Positions 1-9,563 of a stretch of DNA of 64,000 bases are shown one piece after another. How positions within the stretch are numbered: position 1 is the first letter of the stretch; every line of letters begins with the position of its first letter. This DNA is from a virus (Duplodnaviria > Caudoviricetes): IMG/VR virus record IMGVR_UViG_3300009370_000001; one strand, 5' to 3'. Below the pieces are notes generated by a model. The model had not been told where the DNA came from. It saw only the letters and a program-made list of their open reading frames with translations, and ran no database searches. Made by a program: the position numbers and the translations under genes.

Positions 1-92
1 CTTGAAGCAATCCCCCCGCAATAATTGGATGTGGGCCGCCGGCGGTGTTGGAGTAGGAATCTTAAGCACCTATGCAGCCTATAGGCTGTTTA

Positions 93-482
93 ATGAGTGA
101 TAAAGATTTCGATAAATTAGCTGCGATAGAGCAGGCTATTTCCCAAAAATATGGCAAAGAAGCAATTCAAAACCCACGCGCAAATTGGGACGAGACCAAA
201 GAGAAAGAATATCTTGTACAAATGCGAGAGTTATATAAAAAAACAGATAAGAATGAAACCTTCCAAGAGAAAATAGATGTAAATGGCATAAAGGTTTCAA
301 AGAAACTATTTAATAGAGATTCTTTACAACATTGTTCTGTGTGTTCTGCGCTAGCGCGAAAGGTACTGGATGATGTTTGTTTTCTAAAATTTGATTGCTG
401 CCATAAATGCTATGTTAAATATGTAGAAGATAGAGAAGAAAGATGGGAACAAGGTTGGAGACCACAAAAAGGAAATAAATAA
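93..482 (+). CDS. Hypothetical protein with a Cys-rich C-terminal region, possibly Zn-binding
   Basis: ORF 72-482; ATG at 93 is the more plausible start. It contains CxxC...CCxxC and its stop overlaps the next start (TAATG). Confidence 0.6.
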   Translation: MSDKDFDKLAAIEQAISQKYGKEAIQNPRANWDETKEKEYLVQMRELYKKTDKNETFQEKIDVNGIKVSKKLFNRDSLQHCSVCSALARKVLDDVCFLKFDCCHKCYVKYVEDREERWEQGWRPQKGNK

Positions 483-1036
483 TGGCAACAGTTTACGAAA
501 TCGTACAAGGCTTAGCACAAGCCGCCGCTAATGCATATGATGGCGCGTTAGGAGAAGACTACGAGCCTGATAAGCCCGGTATTCTTCGCCGAGAAGAGGG
601 TAATGCCCTCATCGATCAACGAGTGATGGATGGCTTCAATGTGAAGTTTTATGGGAATATGATGTGCCTTAGCTATCAATCAGAAATCCAACTTAAAGAA
701 GTTATCGCCGGCGGCTTTGAGGAAGATATCGATCAGCGCCTCACTGACATTTCAGGATGGCTTAAGAAAGAATACAAAAAGATTACTGGCGATTCGGTCA
801 GCCTGACGGCCGAGGGTGAAGTAGATATCCGCGTGGAAAATTCTTCTCGGGTACGAACCTGGGTAGTGGCGAAGAAGCACTATCGTGTGGGTGGCTTGGA
901 CGAATCTATGAATGATGATAATCGAGGTTCCACCAATCCTGTGGAAGCCAAATGGAAGACCTTTTTAGATCAAGGCGGCTGGAATGGTAAAGGCGGCACG
1001 CGCCCCGATAACGATACGAGGAAGAAAGAATCATGA
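482..1036 (+). CDS. Hypothetical protein, 184 aa
   Basis: Translationally coupled ORF with AGGA upstream; no motif recognised. Confidence 0.65.
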   Translation: MATVYEIVQGLAQAAANAYDGALGEDYEPDKPGILRREEGNALIDQRVMDGFNVKFYGNMMCLSYQSEIQLKEVIAGGFEEDIDQRLTDISGWLKKEYKKITGDSVSLTAEGEVDIRVENSSRVRTWVVAKKHYRVGGLDESMNDDNRGSTNPVEAKWKTFLDQGGWNGKGGTRPDNDTRKKES

Positions 1037-1377
1037 AAATTTCGATTGCACGACTCAAAGAGATTATTATGGAAGAAGTTGCGGGAGCAACCACTGAAGG
1101 TCACGATAAAGATTGGGGTATGGGCAAGGACGAAAAGTCTCGCACCCGACCCGGAGAAGAAGATTATACCGGGCACAAGGGAGACGAGTCTCATACGCAC
1201 CCCGGAGAACTGGATTATGAACATGATGGAGAAGATCTCGAAGGAAAAGCCAACCGCGTTCTCGCAGACTTACATGATGTAATGACGGCCGCAGGCCTTA
1301 ATGTTGATCTAACTGCGGATGTAAGCGATGATGATATCGAAGCCGAAGAAGAAATAGAAATCGTAGATGATGAATGA
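1033..1377 (+). CDS. Acidic hypothetical protein with N-terminal LKEIIMEE tag; candidate head-associated protein
   Basis: ATGA overlap with both neighbours. Internal ~19-aa duplication (RTRPGEEDY / HTHPGELDY) and a very acidic C-terminus. Confidence 0.6.
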   Translation: MKISIARLKEIIMEEVAGATTEGHDKDWGMGKDEKSRTRPGEEDYTGHKGDESHTHPGELDYEHDGEDLEGKANRVLADLHDVMTAAGLNVDLTADVSDDDIEAEEEIEIVDDE

Positions 1378-2960
1378 GTTTTCAATTAGACAAGAAACAG
1401 CAAGTCAACGAGATTCTGAAATGCGGTAAAGACCCAGCTTACTTTCTCACAAACTATGCTCGTATCTCTCACCCAATGCATGGGTTGATTTTATTTGATA
1501 CATATGATTTTCAAGATGCGCTCCTAAATGACTTTAATGATTATCGCTTTAATGTCATCCTTAAAGCACGTCAGCTTGGCATCTCTACAATCACAGCCGG
1601 CTATATCGTATGGATGATGCTATTTCATCGCGATAAGGCCATTTTAGTTATGGCAACCAAGTTCGCCACCGCCGGCAACCTCGTCAAAAAGGTTAAAGGT
1701 ATCATGCGCAATGTACCAGACTGGCTAAAGATTGCAACAATCAGCGTTGACAACCGCACATCTTTCGAGTTGTCCAATGGTTCCTCTATTAAAGCCGCGT
1801 CCACTTCGGGCGATGCCGGTCGTTCCGAAGCACTGTCTCTTTTGGTTCTCGACGAGGCCGCCCACATCGAAGGCTTAGAAGAATTATGGACTGGTCTATA
1901 TCCGACGTTGTCCACAGGTGGGCGTTGTATTGCGTTGTCTACCCCAAATGGTGTGGGAAACTGGTTTCACAAGACCTGTACCGAAGCAGATTCTGGAGTA
2001 AACAATTTTAATTTAACGACGTTACCGTGGGATGTCCACCCAGATCGAGATGAACAATGGTACACTAAAGAAACAAGAAACATGTCCAAGCGCCAGATTG
2101 CACAAGAATTACAATGTAATTTCAACACGTCTGGTGAAACAGTGATTGATCCCGAATGTATGGAATGGCTGCTATCGAATGTTAAAGAGCCCAAACATCG
2201 CACGGGATTTGACCGTAATTTTTGGATTTGGGAAGAATTTGATCCTACCTGTAATTATTTGATGGTGGTGGATGTATCTCGTGGCGATGGCGCCGATTTT
2301 TCTACATTTCATATTGTCAAATTAGAAACCTTAGAAGTCATCGGAGAATATCAAGGAAAACTAACTCCTGATTTATTTGCTAACATGCTTAATCAAGTCG
2401 GCCGAGAGTTTGGAAATGCGATGATGGTAGTAGAAAATAATAATATTGGCTATACAGTACTTGACAAACTTGTAGAATACGGTTATCCTAATATATATTA
2501 TTCTATAAAGTCAACGCATGAATATATTGAGCAACATCAAGCTGAATATAAAACTAACACGATTGCCGGCTTCTCTACTACACAGAAGACCCGACCTTTA
2601 ATAGTTGCAAAATTAGAAGAGTTTATAAGAAATAAACTAATTAAAGTGTATTCATCCCGCACGGTTAATGAAATGAAAACTTTTATTTGGAAAAATGGAA
2701 AGCCTCAAGCTATGAAGAGTTATAATGATGATTTGATTATGGCTTTAGCAATTGCATGTTGGGTGCGTGACACTGCTATTCAAACTAATGCACGTGATTT
2801 AAACTATCAGAAGGCGTTCGTAGATGCAATTATTACGACACGCACTACGATGAACACGACTATTTCGGGCCAACAGGGGTACAAACAAGAGAATGCCCTA
2901 GATAAAAAAACGACAGAGGCGGCAAAACTTTATGAACAATATAAATGGATTATTAAGTGA
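1374..2960 (+). CDS. terL: Terminase large subunit (T4 gp17-like)
   Basis: Walker A region LKARQLGIST, Walker B LLVLDEAAH, coupling motif STPNG, RNase H-like nuclease acidic motifs (VDVSRGDGADFS, NDDLIMALA). Confidence 0.95.
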   Translation: MSFQLDKKQQVNEILKCGKDPAYFLTNYARISHPMHGLILFDTYDFQDALLNDFNDYRFNVILKARQLGISTITAGYIVWMMLFHRDKAILVMATKFATAGNLVKKVKGIMRNVPDWLKIATISVDNRTSFELSNGSSIKAASTSGDAGRSEALSLLVLDEAAHIEGLEELWTGLYPTLSTGGRCIALSTPNGVGNWFHKTCTEADSGVNNFNLTTLPWDVHPDRDEQWYTKETRNMSKRQIAQELQCNFNTSGETVIDPECMEWLLSNVKEPKHRTGFDRNFWIWEEFDPTCNYLMVVDVSRGDGADFSTFHIVKLETLEVIGEYQGKLTPDLFANMLNQVGREFGNAMMVVENNNIGYTVLDKLVEYGYPNIYYSIKSTHEYIEQHQAEYKTNTIAGFSTTQKTRPLIVAKLEEFIRNKLIKVYSSRTVNEMKTFIWKNGKPQAMKSYNDDLIMALAIACWVRDTAIQTNARDLNYQKAFVDAIITTRTTMNTTISGQQGYKQENALDKKTTEAAKLYEQYKWIIK

Positions 2961-2968
2961 GATTATAA

Positions 2969-4939
2969 ATGGCAATTCAAGATAAAAACCCAGCAAACTC
3001 TGAAACGAGCTTATTCAAAGCGTTAACGCGTCTCTTCTCGGGTCCCATTGTTAACTATCGTTCTCAATCGGGACGTCGCATTCGGCGTCAACATTTAGAT
3101 AAATTTTCCTCTCGCTTTAAATCGGCATCGGGGCAACAGTTTAAAAAGACACTTTATAATCCTTTAGATGTTATTGCTACAAATGCGATTCAAAACCAAC
3201 GACGTTCAGAGCGTTATGTAGATTTTGATCAGATGGAATATATGCCTGAAATCGCATCTACGATGGACATCTATGCAGATGAGATGACAACATATTCTGA
3301 ACTGCGCCCGATGCTTAATGTCCGATGTCCTAATGAAGAAATTAGTGCGGTACTGGATGTCTTATTTGATAGCATCCTTAACTTAAAATACAATCTTTTT
3401 GGTTGGGCCCGCACGATGTGTAAATATGGTGATTTTTTCCTGTATGTTGATATCGATGACAAATATGGAGTGACATCTGTTCTACCGCTCCCGGCCCAAG
3501 AAGTTGAAAGACTAGAAGGTAAAGATGCCACCAACCCGAATTATGTGCAGTTTCAGTGGAACTCTGCTGGGATGACCTTTGAAAACTGGCAAGTTGCCCA
3601 TTTCCGCATCTTAGGAAATGATAAGTACATTCCGTATGGAACATCAATTTTGGAGCCAGCACGACGCATTTGGCGCCAGCTAGTGTTGATGGAAGATGCT
3701 ATGATGGCATATCGTGTTATCCGTTCTTCTGAGCGCCGAGTGTTTAAGATTGATGTCGGTTCTATTCCTCCCAATGAAGTCGAACAGTATATGGAAAAAA
3801 TTGTGACCAACCTTAAGCGTCATCAAGTTATTGATCCTGAAAACGGACGTGTGGATTTGCGATACAACCCAATGTCTATCGAAGAAGATTATTTCATCCC
3901 AGTTCGCGCTGGCTCGGTCACAGAGATCAAGAACCTCGCCGGCGGCACCAACACTACCGATATTGATGATATCAAGTATTTGCGTGATAAGCTTTTTTCC
4001 GCACTCAAGATACCTCAATCTTATCTAACGATGGGAGAAGGTGCCGAAGAAGACAAGACTACTCTTGCGCAGAAAGACATTCGTTTTGCAAGAACCATTC
4101 AGAGACTCCAAAGAGTTATTATCGCAGAGCTTACAAAGATTGGTATCATCCATCTGTACACATTAGGCTTCAGAGGCGACGACTTATTAAGCTTCAGCTT
4201 AACTCTCAATAACCCGTCCAAGATTGCAGAACTTCAAGAAATTGAGACCTGGAAGCAGAAGTTCGACATTGCCGCTGCAGCCACAGAAGGTTATTTCTCA
4301 CGGCGCTGGGTGTCCGAACATATCTTTGGTATGAATCATGAAGACTTTGGTCGCAATCAACGCGAAATGTATTATGATCGTAAGCACGACGCCGCTCTTC
4401 AGGCAGTCGCTGAAGCTGCTGCAGCCGAAGGCGCCGGCGGCGGAATGGGAGGCGATCTGGGGGGAGACCTTGGAGGCGATCTCGGAGGCGATCTCGGAGG
4501 AGATCTTGGTGGTGATCTTGGCGGAGGCGAGGAAATGCCCGCAGGTGAAGCCGGCGGTGATGAGGGAGGTGGCGATGATTCAGCGCTCCTAGCCGTCCCA
4601 CCCGGCTCTCGTAACGAGCCTCGTCTGACCCCTGGAGCAAAGGGAAAAGTATATTATCCTAAGAAGGTTGATGGCCGACCAGCAGGAGCCCGGACGCGCT
4701 CTATGGGCGCGAAGTACAATCGAGAAAAAGCTAGCTCGGCTATTCGGAATGTTGTCCCAGGCGCTGAGATCGGTTCCCTCGCAAAGATGGGCAGCTTGGG
4801 AAATGGTATTTATGAAGGACAAGCACCTATTTATAACGCAAGTGAGCTTTCTGAAGAAGAAAAGCTTTTTCACGTAAGCGATTCGATACGGGCGCTCCTT
4901 AAAGGATTAGAAGGATTGGAGAATAATAATGAAGGGTAG
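2969..4939 (+). CDS. Portal protein (T4 gp20-like) with a long disordered C-terminal tail
   Basis: gp20-like motifs YRVIRSSERRVFKIDVG, EDYFIPVR, DDIKYLRDKLFSALKIP; directly after the terminase gene. Confidence 0.92.
   Translation: MAIQDKNPANSETSLFKALTRLFSGPIVNYRSQSGRRIRRQHLDKFSSRFKSASGQQFKKTLYNPLDVIATNAIQNQRRSERYVDFDQMEYMPEIASTMDIYADEMTTYSELRPMLNVRCPNEEISAVLDVLFDSILNLKYNLFGWARTMCKYGDFFLYVDIDDKYGVTSVLPLPAQEVERLEGKDATNPNYVQFQWNSAGMTFENWQVAHFRILGNDKYIPYGTSILEPARRIWRQLVLMEDAMMAYRVIRSSERRVFKIDVGSIPPNEVEQYMEKIVTNLKRHQVIDPENGRVDLRYNPMSIEEDYFIPVRAGSVTEIKNLAGGTNTTDIDDIKYLRDKLFSALKIPQSYLTMGEGAEEDKTTLAQKDIRFARTIQRLQRVIIAELTKIGIIHLYTLGFRGDDLLSFSLTLNNPSKIAELQEIETWKQKFDIAAAATEGYFSRRWVSEHIFGMNHEDFGRNQREMYYDRKHDAALQAVAEAAAAEGAGGGMGGDLGGDLGGDLGGDLGGDLGGDLGGGEEMPAGEAGGDEGGGDDSALLAVPPGSRNEPRLTPGAKGKVYYPKKVDGRPAGARTRSMGAKYNREKASSAIRNVVPGAEIGSLAKMGSLGNGIYEGQAPIYNASELSEEEKLFHVSDSIRALLKGLEGLENNNEG
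4448..4522 (+). repeat. Six tandem GGDL codon-block repeats (12-nt unit) in the portal tail
   Basis: GGMGGDLGGDLGGDLGGDLGGDLGGDLGGG read directly; synonymous variation between units. Confidence 0.9.
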
Positions 4940-5762
4940 ACATAACAAAAAAAGAAATACCGCATTTGTTTATGAGGCGTTGATTCGCGAAGCAACCGCG
5001 GCCATCTTAAAGAAAGACACGATACAGTGTAATAAGATCGTGGACCTTATTAAGAAGCACTTCAAACCAGGAAGTCTTTTGCGACAAGATTTAGAATGCC
5101 ATCGATCTCTTTATGAAAGTTGTGGCTTCGATAAAGAAACGTCAGAAAAGATTCTACGGGAAGCAAAATTAGCTAGCCGTCTTTTGGATTTCACTGGATT
5201 GTTTAAAGAGCAAAGCGCTCTTATAGATGACATAAATAAAGAATTAGACTCGTCTGTTTTCAATGCCTTTGTGCCCAACTATAAAACTTTGGCATCGATA
5301 TCTCAGATTTTTTCGACCAAGACATCGCCTCGCGATCAAGTACTCTTGGAGCAGGAGATTGTTACTAGTATGTGTAGAGAAGGTACGGTCGAGACAGAAG
5401 AAAACGATATTGATAATTTGGTTATTAAAACATTTGTAGAAAAGTTTAATGATAAATACGGCGACGACCTCTTGCAAGAACAAAAAGAACTCTTGACACA
5501 CTATATTTCATCTTTTGCTGACAACGCGCTCGAACTGAAGATTTTTCTTAATGAGGAAATTGGGCGACTTAAAGAATGTTTAAACAAGGCTAAAGACGTT
5601 GACGAAATTAAAAGCGATCCTGAAATGTCTACCAAAACTCATCGAGTGATCGAGCGCTTAGATAAGTTTGCAACAGTCGCTGTTAACGAGGAATTGCTTT
5701 TAACGGTGCTAAAAACTCAAAGCTTAGTAAAGGAAATCTATTCAGATGGCAATAACAGTTAG
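4929..5762 (+). CDS. Hypothetical helical protein in the head module
   Basis: 277-aa ORF coupled to the portal gene; no family recognised. Confidence 0.65.
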   Translation: MKGRHNKKRNTAFVYEALIREATAAILKKDTIQCNKIVDLIKKHFKPGSLLRQDLECHRSLYESCGFDKETSEKILREAKLASRLLDFTGLFKEQSALIDDINKELDSSVFNAFVPNYKTLASISQIFSTKTSPRDQVLLEQEIVTSMCREGTVETEENDIDNLVIKTFVEKFNDKYGDDLLQEQKELLTHYISSFADNALELKIFLNEEIGRLKECLNKAKDVDEIKSDPEMSTKTHRVIERLDKFATVAVNEELLLTVLKTQSLVKEIYSDGNNS

Positions 5763-6285
5763 AATTGGACAGGCGGCAGACGACGCAGTAGTGCGCCTTG
5801 AATTAGATGTGCGTAAGAGTATGAATGGAGATCTGATGATTTTTGATCACGGCGATATCGATATCGTACTTTCTACACGCACCAACAAGATCACTACCTT
5901 CCCCAAAGAAACCTTGAATGATTTAGTTTACGGAGCCCAAAATCGCTTGTTTGCCGAATTACGAAAGAAAGGCCTTGTCGTAGCAGATTCTATTCAAGCC
6001 GGAGGCTTTTATGGATCGGTTGAAGCACTAATGGAAGAAGCATCGTCAGAAAGCTTAAGCACTCCGAAGCTGGCTCTCATTAATATTTCTAACTTTATTG
6101 AAGAAGAGCGCCCCTACTTTGAAACAACAGAAGCAATTATTGGGATGGCTGACGACGAGCTTATCCATCCGGATAAACAAGACTCTACTGAACTTGGAGA
6201 AGTTCCCCAGCACAGTGACCAGGGCTCTATTCGTCCAGGCTTTATTCGCGATCCATACTCGTTGAGCTACCTATATACAATTTAA
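5746..6285 (+). CDS. Hypothetical protein in the head module
   Basis: 179-aa ORF overlapping the upstream gene; no family recognised. Confidence 0.65.
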   Translation: MAITVRIGQAADDAVVRLELDVRKSMNGDLMIFDHGDIDIVLSTRTNKITTFPKETLNDLVYGAQNRLFAELRKKGLVVADSIQAGGFYGSVEALMEEASSESLSTPKLALINISNFIEEERPYFETTEAIIGMADDELIHPDKQDSTELGEVPQHSDQGSIRPGFIRDPYSLSYLYTI

Positions 6286-6834
6286 ATGAAACTCTTATTA
6301 GAACATTGGAATCGGTATCTCCAAGAAGAGGAAGAGGCGCGCCCTCTCTATGGCGACGAAAAAGAAGATGCCCCTGACTCCGAAGAGTCGACCGAAGAAT
6401 TTCAAAAATATGTAGAAGCAGAAAGGAAAAAAACTATGGCGGCATGCGCCGACGTTAGAGAATTTGAGCCCGAGCAACGCTCCAGCCCAGAATTTGCAAC
6501 CGCTTTAGAGAAGTGTAAAAAAGCTAATGAAGAACTAGAAAACAATATTCGAGAAAAATCTCCTTTTAATATTGGTGATAATCCCGACAATGCTCCCGCA
6601 GACCCTACACCCGAAGAGCCTCAACAAAACAAGGGGCGAGACGTACAAAACGTAATGCGGTCAAATCAAGTTAAATTAACCAACGTTGAGAAAGAAGTTG
6701 GTTCGATAGAACAGGATTTGGAAACTATTATACAGAGAGTTCAAGCCTTATTAGGTCGCGTCCGACAGGAACTTACAGAAAGCGATATTCGAGAGATCAT
6801 CAAAGAAGAATACAAGCTTTATCAGGAGCAGTAG
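6286..6834 (+). CDS. Hypothetical protein with terminal tags (MKLLLEHWNRYLQE ... IREIIKEEY); candidate capsid-internal protein
   Basis: 182-aa ORF; amphipathic E-rich motifs at both ends. Confidence 0.6.
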   Translation: MKLLLEHWNRYLQEEEEARPLYGDEKEDAPDSEESTEEFQKYVEAERKKTMAACADVREFEPEQRSSPEFATALEKCKKANEELENNIREKSPFNIGDNPDNAPADPTPEEPQQNKGRDVQNVMRSNQVKLTNVEKEVGSIEQDLETIIQRVQALLGRVRQELTESDIREIIKEEYKLYQEQ

Positions 6835-7139
6835 TGGAATTATTATACTTTATATTGGCATCTTATGGTCTTACCCAGATCTTAGTCTACGGAAAAGTCT
6901 TTGATGCTCTTCGTCCTACGAGAGGATGGCTTGGACAACTGTTCAGGTGCCCCATGTGCATTGGTTTTCATGTAGGGTGGATTTTAATGCTACTTTCTCC
7001 TTACACAGAACTATTTAATTTTGATGTAACACCGGTAAATTATCTTATTTTAGGGTGTCTTTCTTCGGGGACATCTTATATTCTTAATATGATTATCGGA
7101 GATGAAGGAATAAAACATGAACACAAACGCATGGAATAA
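6834..7139 (+). CDS. Small membrane protein (DUF1360-like)
   Basis: GTG start; hydrophobic segments and a CPMCIGFHVG motif typical of DUF1360-like proteins. Confidence 0.55.
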   Translation: MELLYFILASYGLTQILVYGKVFDALRPTRGWLGQLFRCPMCIGFHVGWILMLLSPYTELFNFDVTPVNYLILGCLSSGTSYILNMIIGDEGIKHEHKRME

Positions 7140-7185
7140 TAAGTGGATGCTGCAGCCGGTCAGACGGTGCTGCAAAGGTTCTTAG
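7117..7185 (+). CDS. 22-aa small ORF MNTNAWNNKWMLQPVRRCCKGS, not in the ORF track
   Basis: ATG at 7117 with AGGA 6 nt upstream; TAG at 7183-7185, two bases before the protease ATG. Confidence 0.5.
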   Translation: MNTNAWNNKWMLQPVRRCCKGS

Positions 7186-7187
7186 CT

Positions 7188-7796
7188 ATGGGAAAGAAAT
7201 TACTAAGAGAATATTACGCGCTTTGCGAAGGCGGCGTATGCCAAGATCTGTTAACGGAAGATGAGAAGCGCTTCGTTGCTAGCGGAGGAATGATGCTTTC
7301 GGGCAAACTCCAAGAAGCAGATGTGCAAAACGGCAACGGTCGTATTTACCCTTACCGTGTATTAATGCGAGAAATTGAAACTTACAAAAAACTCGTAAAA
7401 GAAAATCGTGCTCTCGGAGAGCTTGATCATCCAGATGATTCTGTCATCAATTTAAAGAATGCATCGCATATGGTGACTGATGTATGGATGGAAAATAAAA
7501 ATGTGATGGGCAAAGTAAAAGTACTGGACACCCCATCGGGCAATATCTTGCGCGGCCTTGTAAATAGCGGCGCACAGCTTGGTATCTCTTCACGAGGAAT
7601 GGGATCGGTGAGTGAGGCTCAAGGACAAACAATCGTCGAAGACGATTTCCAACTTATCTGTTTTGATTTTGTATCGGAACCCTCAACACCGGGAGCATAT
7701 ATGATGAAAGAGGCCAAAGACTTAAGCACTCCCAATGTCTTTACCAAAGCTGATCGTATCAATCGCTTATTGAACGAGGTATTGACGGATGAGTGA
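7188..7796 (+). CDS. Prohead maturation protease (T4 gp21-like)
   Basis: GELDHP, GISSRGMGS and FDFVSEPST catalytic motifs. ATG 7188 is preferred over GTG 7143. Confidence 0.92.
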   Translation: MGKKLLREYYALCEGGVCQDLLTEDEKRFVASGGMMLSGKLQEADVQNGNGRIYPYRVLMREIETYKKLVKENRALGELDHPDDSVINLKNASHMVTDVWMENKNVMGKVKVLDTPSGNILRGLVNSGAQLGISSRGMGSVSEAQGQTIVEDDFQLICFDFVSEPSTPGAYMMKEAKDLSTPNVFTKADRINRLLNEVLTDE

Positions 7797-8859
7797 GCAA
7801 TGGTCTAGTTATAGTGACCAGCAACAACGCGTTGCAACCTGGAGAACCTTTTTAAACGAAGGTTCTTTTCTGCAACGCTTGCGAAAAAAAAGCGCTCCCG
7901 GCCTGGAAGACATGTCGGATGCCGAACTTCGTGGAGTATTTGCGACCGACCCGGATCCAGCAAACCAGCGTCAAGCAGCATACCTCTATATTAGACGTGC
8001 AAGCAACACTGAAGAGCAACAAAGCCGCACAGAAGAATTAATGGACATTGCCAAGTCTAAAGATCCTACACCCACATCGCGTACTGGGACGACTGCCTTG
8101 GGTGAACCGGTCCCCCCCATCCCAGATGAGCCCTCACGACTTAGCACACGCATGCCCACCACTACTCCGGCACCAGTCGAAGACGAAGAGATGGTCGTTT
8201 GGGCAAAAAAAAGCGCACCTCCACTAAAAAAGGCTCTTGAAAGTGGGGGTTCCAAAGATGTAGCAGAGGCGCGCACTTGGATCGCACGCCGGACGGAGGA
8301 AGAAAAAAACGCTCTGATAAACGCTCTGGCAGATATCGGACACACTTTTGTAGAAGACGATTCCGCAGATGAGAGCCCTGGTTCAGAAGAGACAGATATA
8401 CCGGAACCTCTTCTTAATAGCGACGACCACACTTTAACTGTGATTCATTTTCTTGGATTGGATGACGCACCTTTGGATTCTATTCATTACCCAACAGACG
8501 AAGCCTGGATGAATGCATCGGAGAGGCAGAAGCGAATCTGGTATCGTTATTACGCGGATGTTATACAGGATCGCGGCCAGGATTCGGACGGTGAAGATCC
8601 TTTATATAGATCATTTCACAGCTTTTTCTTGAAGCCCGAGACGGATCTCTTTCTCCCAGAAGCGTTTCGCCAGTGGCTCGCTTGGGAAATTGAGAATCCT
8701 GAAAAAACACCTGAAGTAAAAGCTTGGTGCGGCGAAAAAGAATGCACCCCGGCCGACATTGAGAGCAAACGCGAGTCACTTAAAGAGCTTTATATATTGG
8801 AAGAATCTCAAATGAGACGGTGGCACCAATTAGCAGGAATTAACCCGAGAGTATTATGA
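7789..8859 (+). CDS. Hypothetical protein with terminal tags (WRTFLNEG ... MRRWHQLAGI); candidate head cargo protein
   Basis: 356-aa ORF with a Pro/Thr-rich linker; C-terminal motif resembles the scaffold end RMKRLAGI. Confidence 0.6.
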   Translation: MSEQWSSYSDQQQRVATWRTFLNEGSFLQRLRKKSAPGLEDMSDAELRGVFATDPDPANQRQAAYLYIRRASNTEEQQSRTEELMDIAKSKDPTPTSRTGTTALGEPVPPIPDEPSRLSTRMPTTTPAPVEDEEMVVWAKKSAPPLKKALESGGSKDVAEARTWIARRTEEEKNALINALADIGHTFVEDDSADESPGSEETDIPEPLLNSDDHTLTVIHFLGLDDAPLDSIHYPTDEAWMNASERQKRIWYRYYADVIQDRGQDSDGEDPLYRSFHSFFLKPETDLFLPEAFRQWLAWEIENPEKTPEVKAWCGEKECTPADIESKRESLKELYILEESQMRRWHQLAGINPRVL

Positions 8860-9275
8860 AAAAATCAGACCTTAAACAATTAATCAAGCCACTTGTCAAA
8901 GAGTGTATTCATGAAGTCCTCCTTGAAGAAGGGCTTTTATCCAATGTGGTTTCCGAAGTGGCGAAAGGGCTCCAGACGACCCCGCTTGTGGAAGTGCAGC
9001 AGTCTTCGAATCAGGGACCAACACCATCAGTCGGCATTCAGACGACCGAACAAGACGTGGCGTCACGGGCTCAGTTAAAAGAATATAGAAAAAAGATGAT
9101 GGAAGTTGTAGGAAAAGATGCGTATCAGGGAGTGGACTTATTTGAGAATACAGCCCCACTCTCAAATCACATTCCAGAACAAGGAAGCGCAGACTTAGGA
9201 GATCCCAGTGACGCTGGAGTGGACATTAGCTCTTTAGTAGGAAATTCCTCTAAAATTTGGCAGGCATTAAAGTAG
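8856..9275 (+). CDS. Hypothetical head-module protein
   Basis: 139 aa; N-terminal LKQLIKPLVKECIHEVLLEEG helix. Confidence 0.65.
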   Translation: MKKSDLKQLIKPLVKECIHEVLLEEGLLSNVVSEVAKGLQTTPLVEVQQSSNQGPTPSVGIQTTEQDVASRAQLKEYRKKMMEVVGKDAYQGVDLFENTAPLSNHIPEQGSADLGDPSDAGVDISSLVGNSSKIWQALK

Positions 9276-9279
9276 ACTT

Positions 9280-9522
9280 ATGGCCCGAGCAACCCACATT
9301 AAAGTAACTGCACGCGAGTGTCACGGAAACACCGAGCGCATGATCCGACGTTTTATTAAGAAAGTAAAAAAAGAACGTATTATTGAGAGCGTTAAGGACA
9401 AAAGACACTACAAAAAACCTTCTGTTGCAAAGAAGGAAAAACGCATTCGTGCGGCTCGGCAAAGGATCCGAGACGAACAAAAACGAAAGAGAGCGCAACA
9501 AAGGCGCGCTAGAAATATTTAG
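9280..9522 (+). CDS. rpsU: Phage-encoded 30S ribosomal protein bS21 homologue
   Basis: 80-aa basic protein with the bS21 pattern (IKV...NTERMIRRFIKKVKKERII...RHYKKPSVAKKEK); located in the head module. Confidence 0.8.
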   Translation: MARATHIKVTARECHGNTERMIRRFIKKVKKERIIESVKDKRHYKKPSVAKKEKRIRAARQRIRDEQKRKRAQQRRARNI

Positions 9523-9524
9523 GC

Positions 9525-9532
9525 ACTATTTA
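9525..9532 (+). promoter_or_regulatory. Candidate late promoter core ACTATTTA
   Basis: Intergenic copy ~31 nt before ATG 9564; the same 8-mer precedes many structural genes. Confidence 0.6.
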
Positions 9533-9563
9533 TAGTGTATATTAAAAATTTAGGAGATTTATA

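Noticed and set aside
75-88. Perfect 14-bp palindrome CAGCCTATAGGCTG
   Set aside because: Single occurrence at the window edge with only a short T tail; its function cannot be supported.
4448-4522. CRISPR-like array
   Set aside because: These are 12-nt in-frame coding units without spacers; no repeat-spacer array was seen anywhere in the window.
7143-7187. Extended GTG start for the prohead protease
   Set aside because: The region is better explained by the 22-aa ORF with its own RBS; ATG 7188 gives a normal protease N-terminus.
9525-9534. Reading the late motif as T4 TATAAATA on the minus strand
   Set aside because: Only two copies (9525, 13371) extend to ACTATTTATA, there are no minus-strand genes to drive, and the position fits + strand starts.
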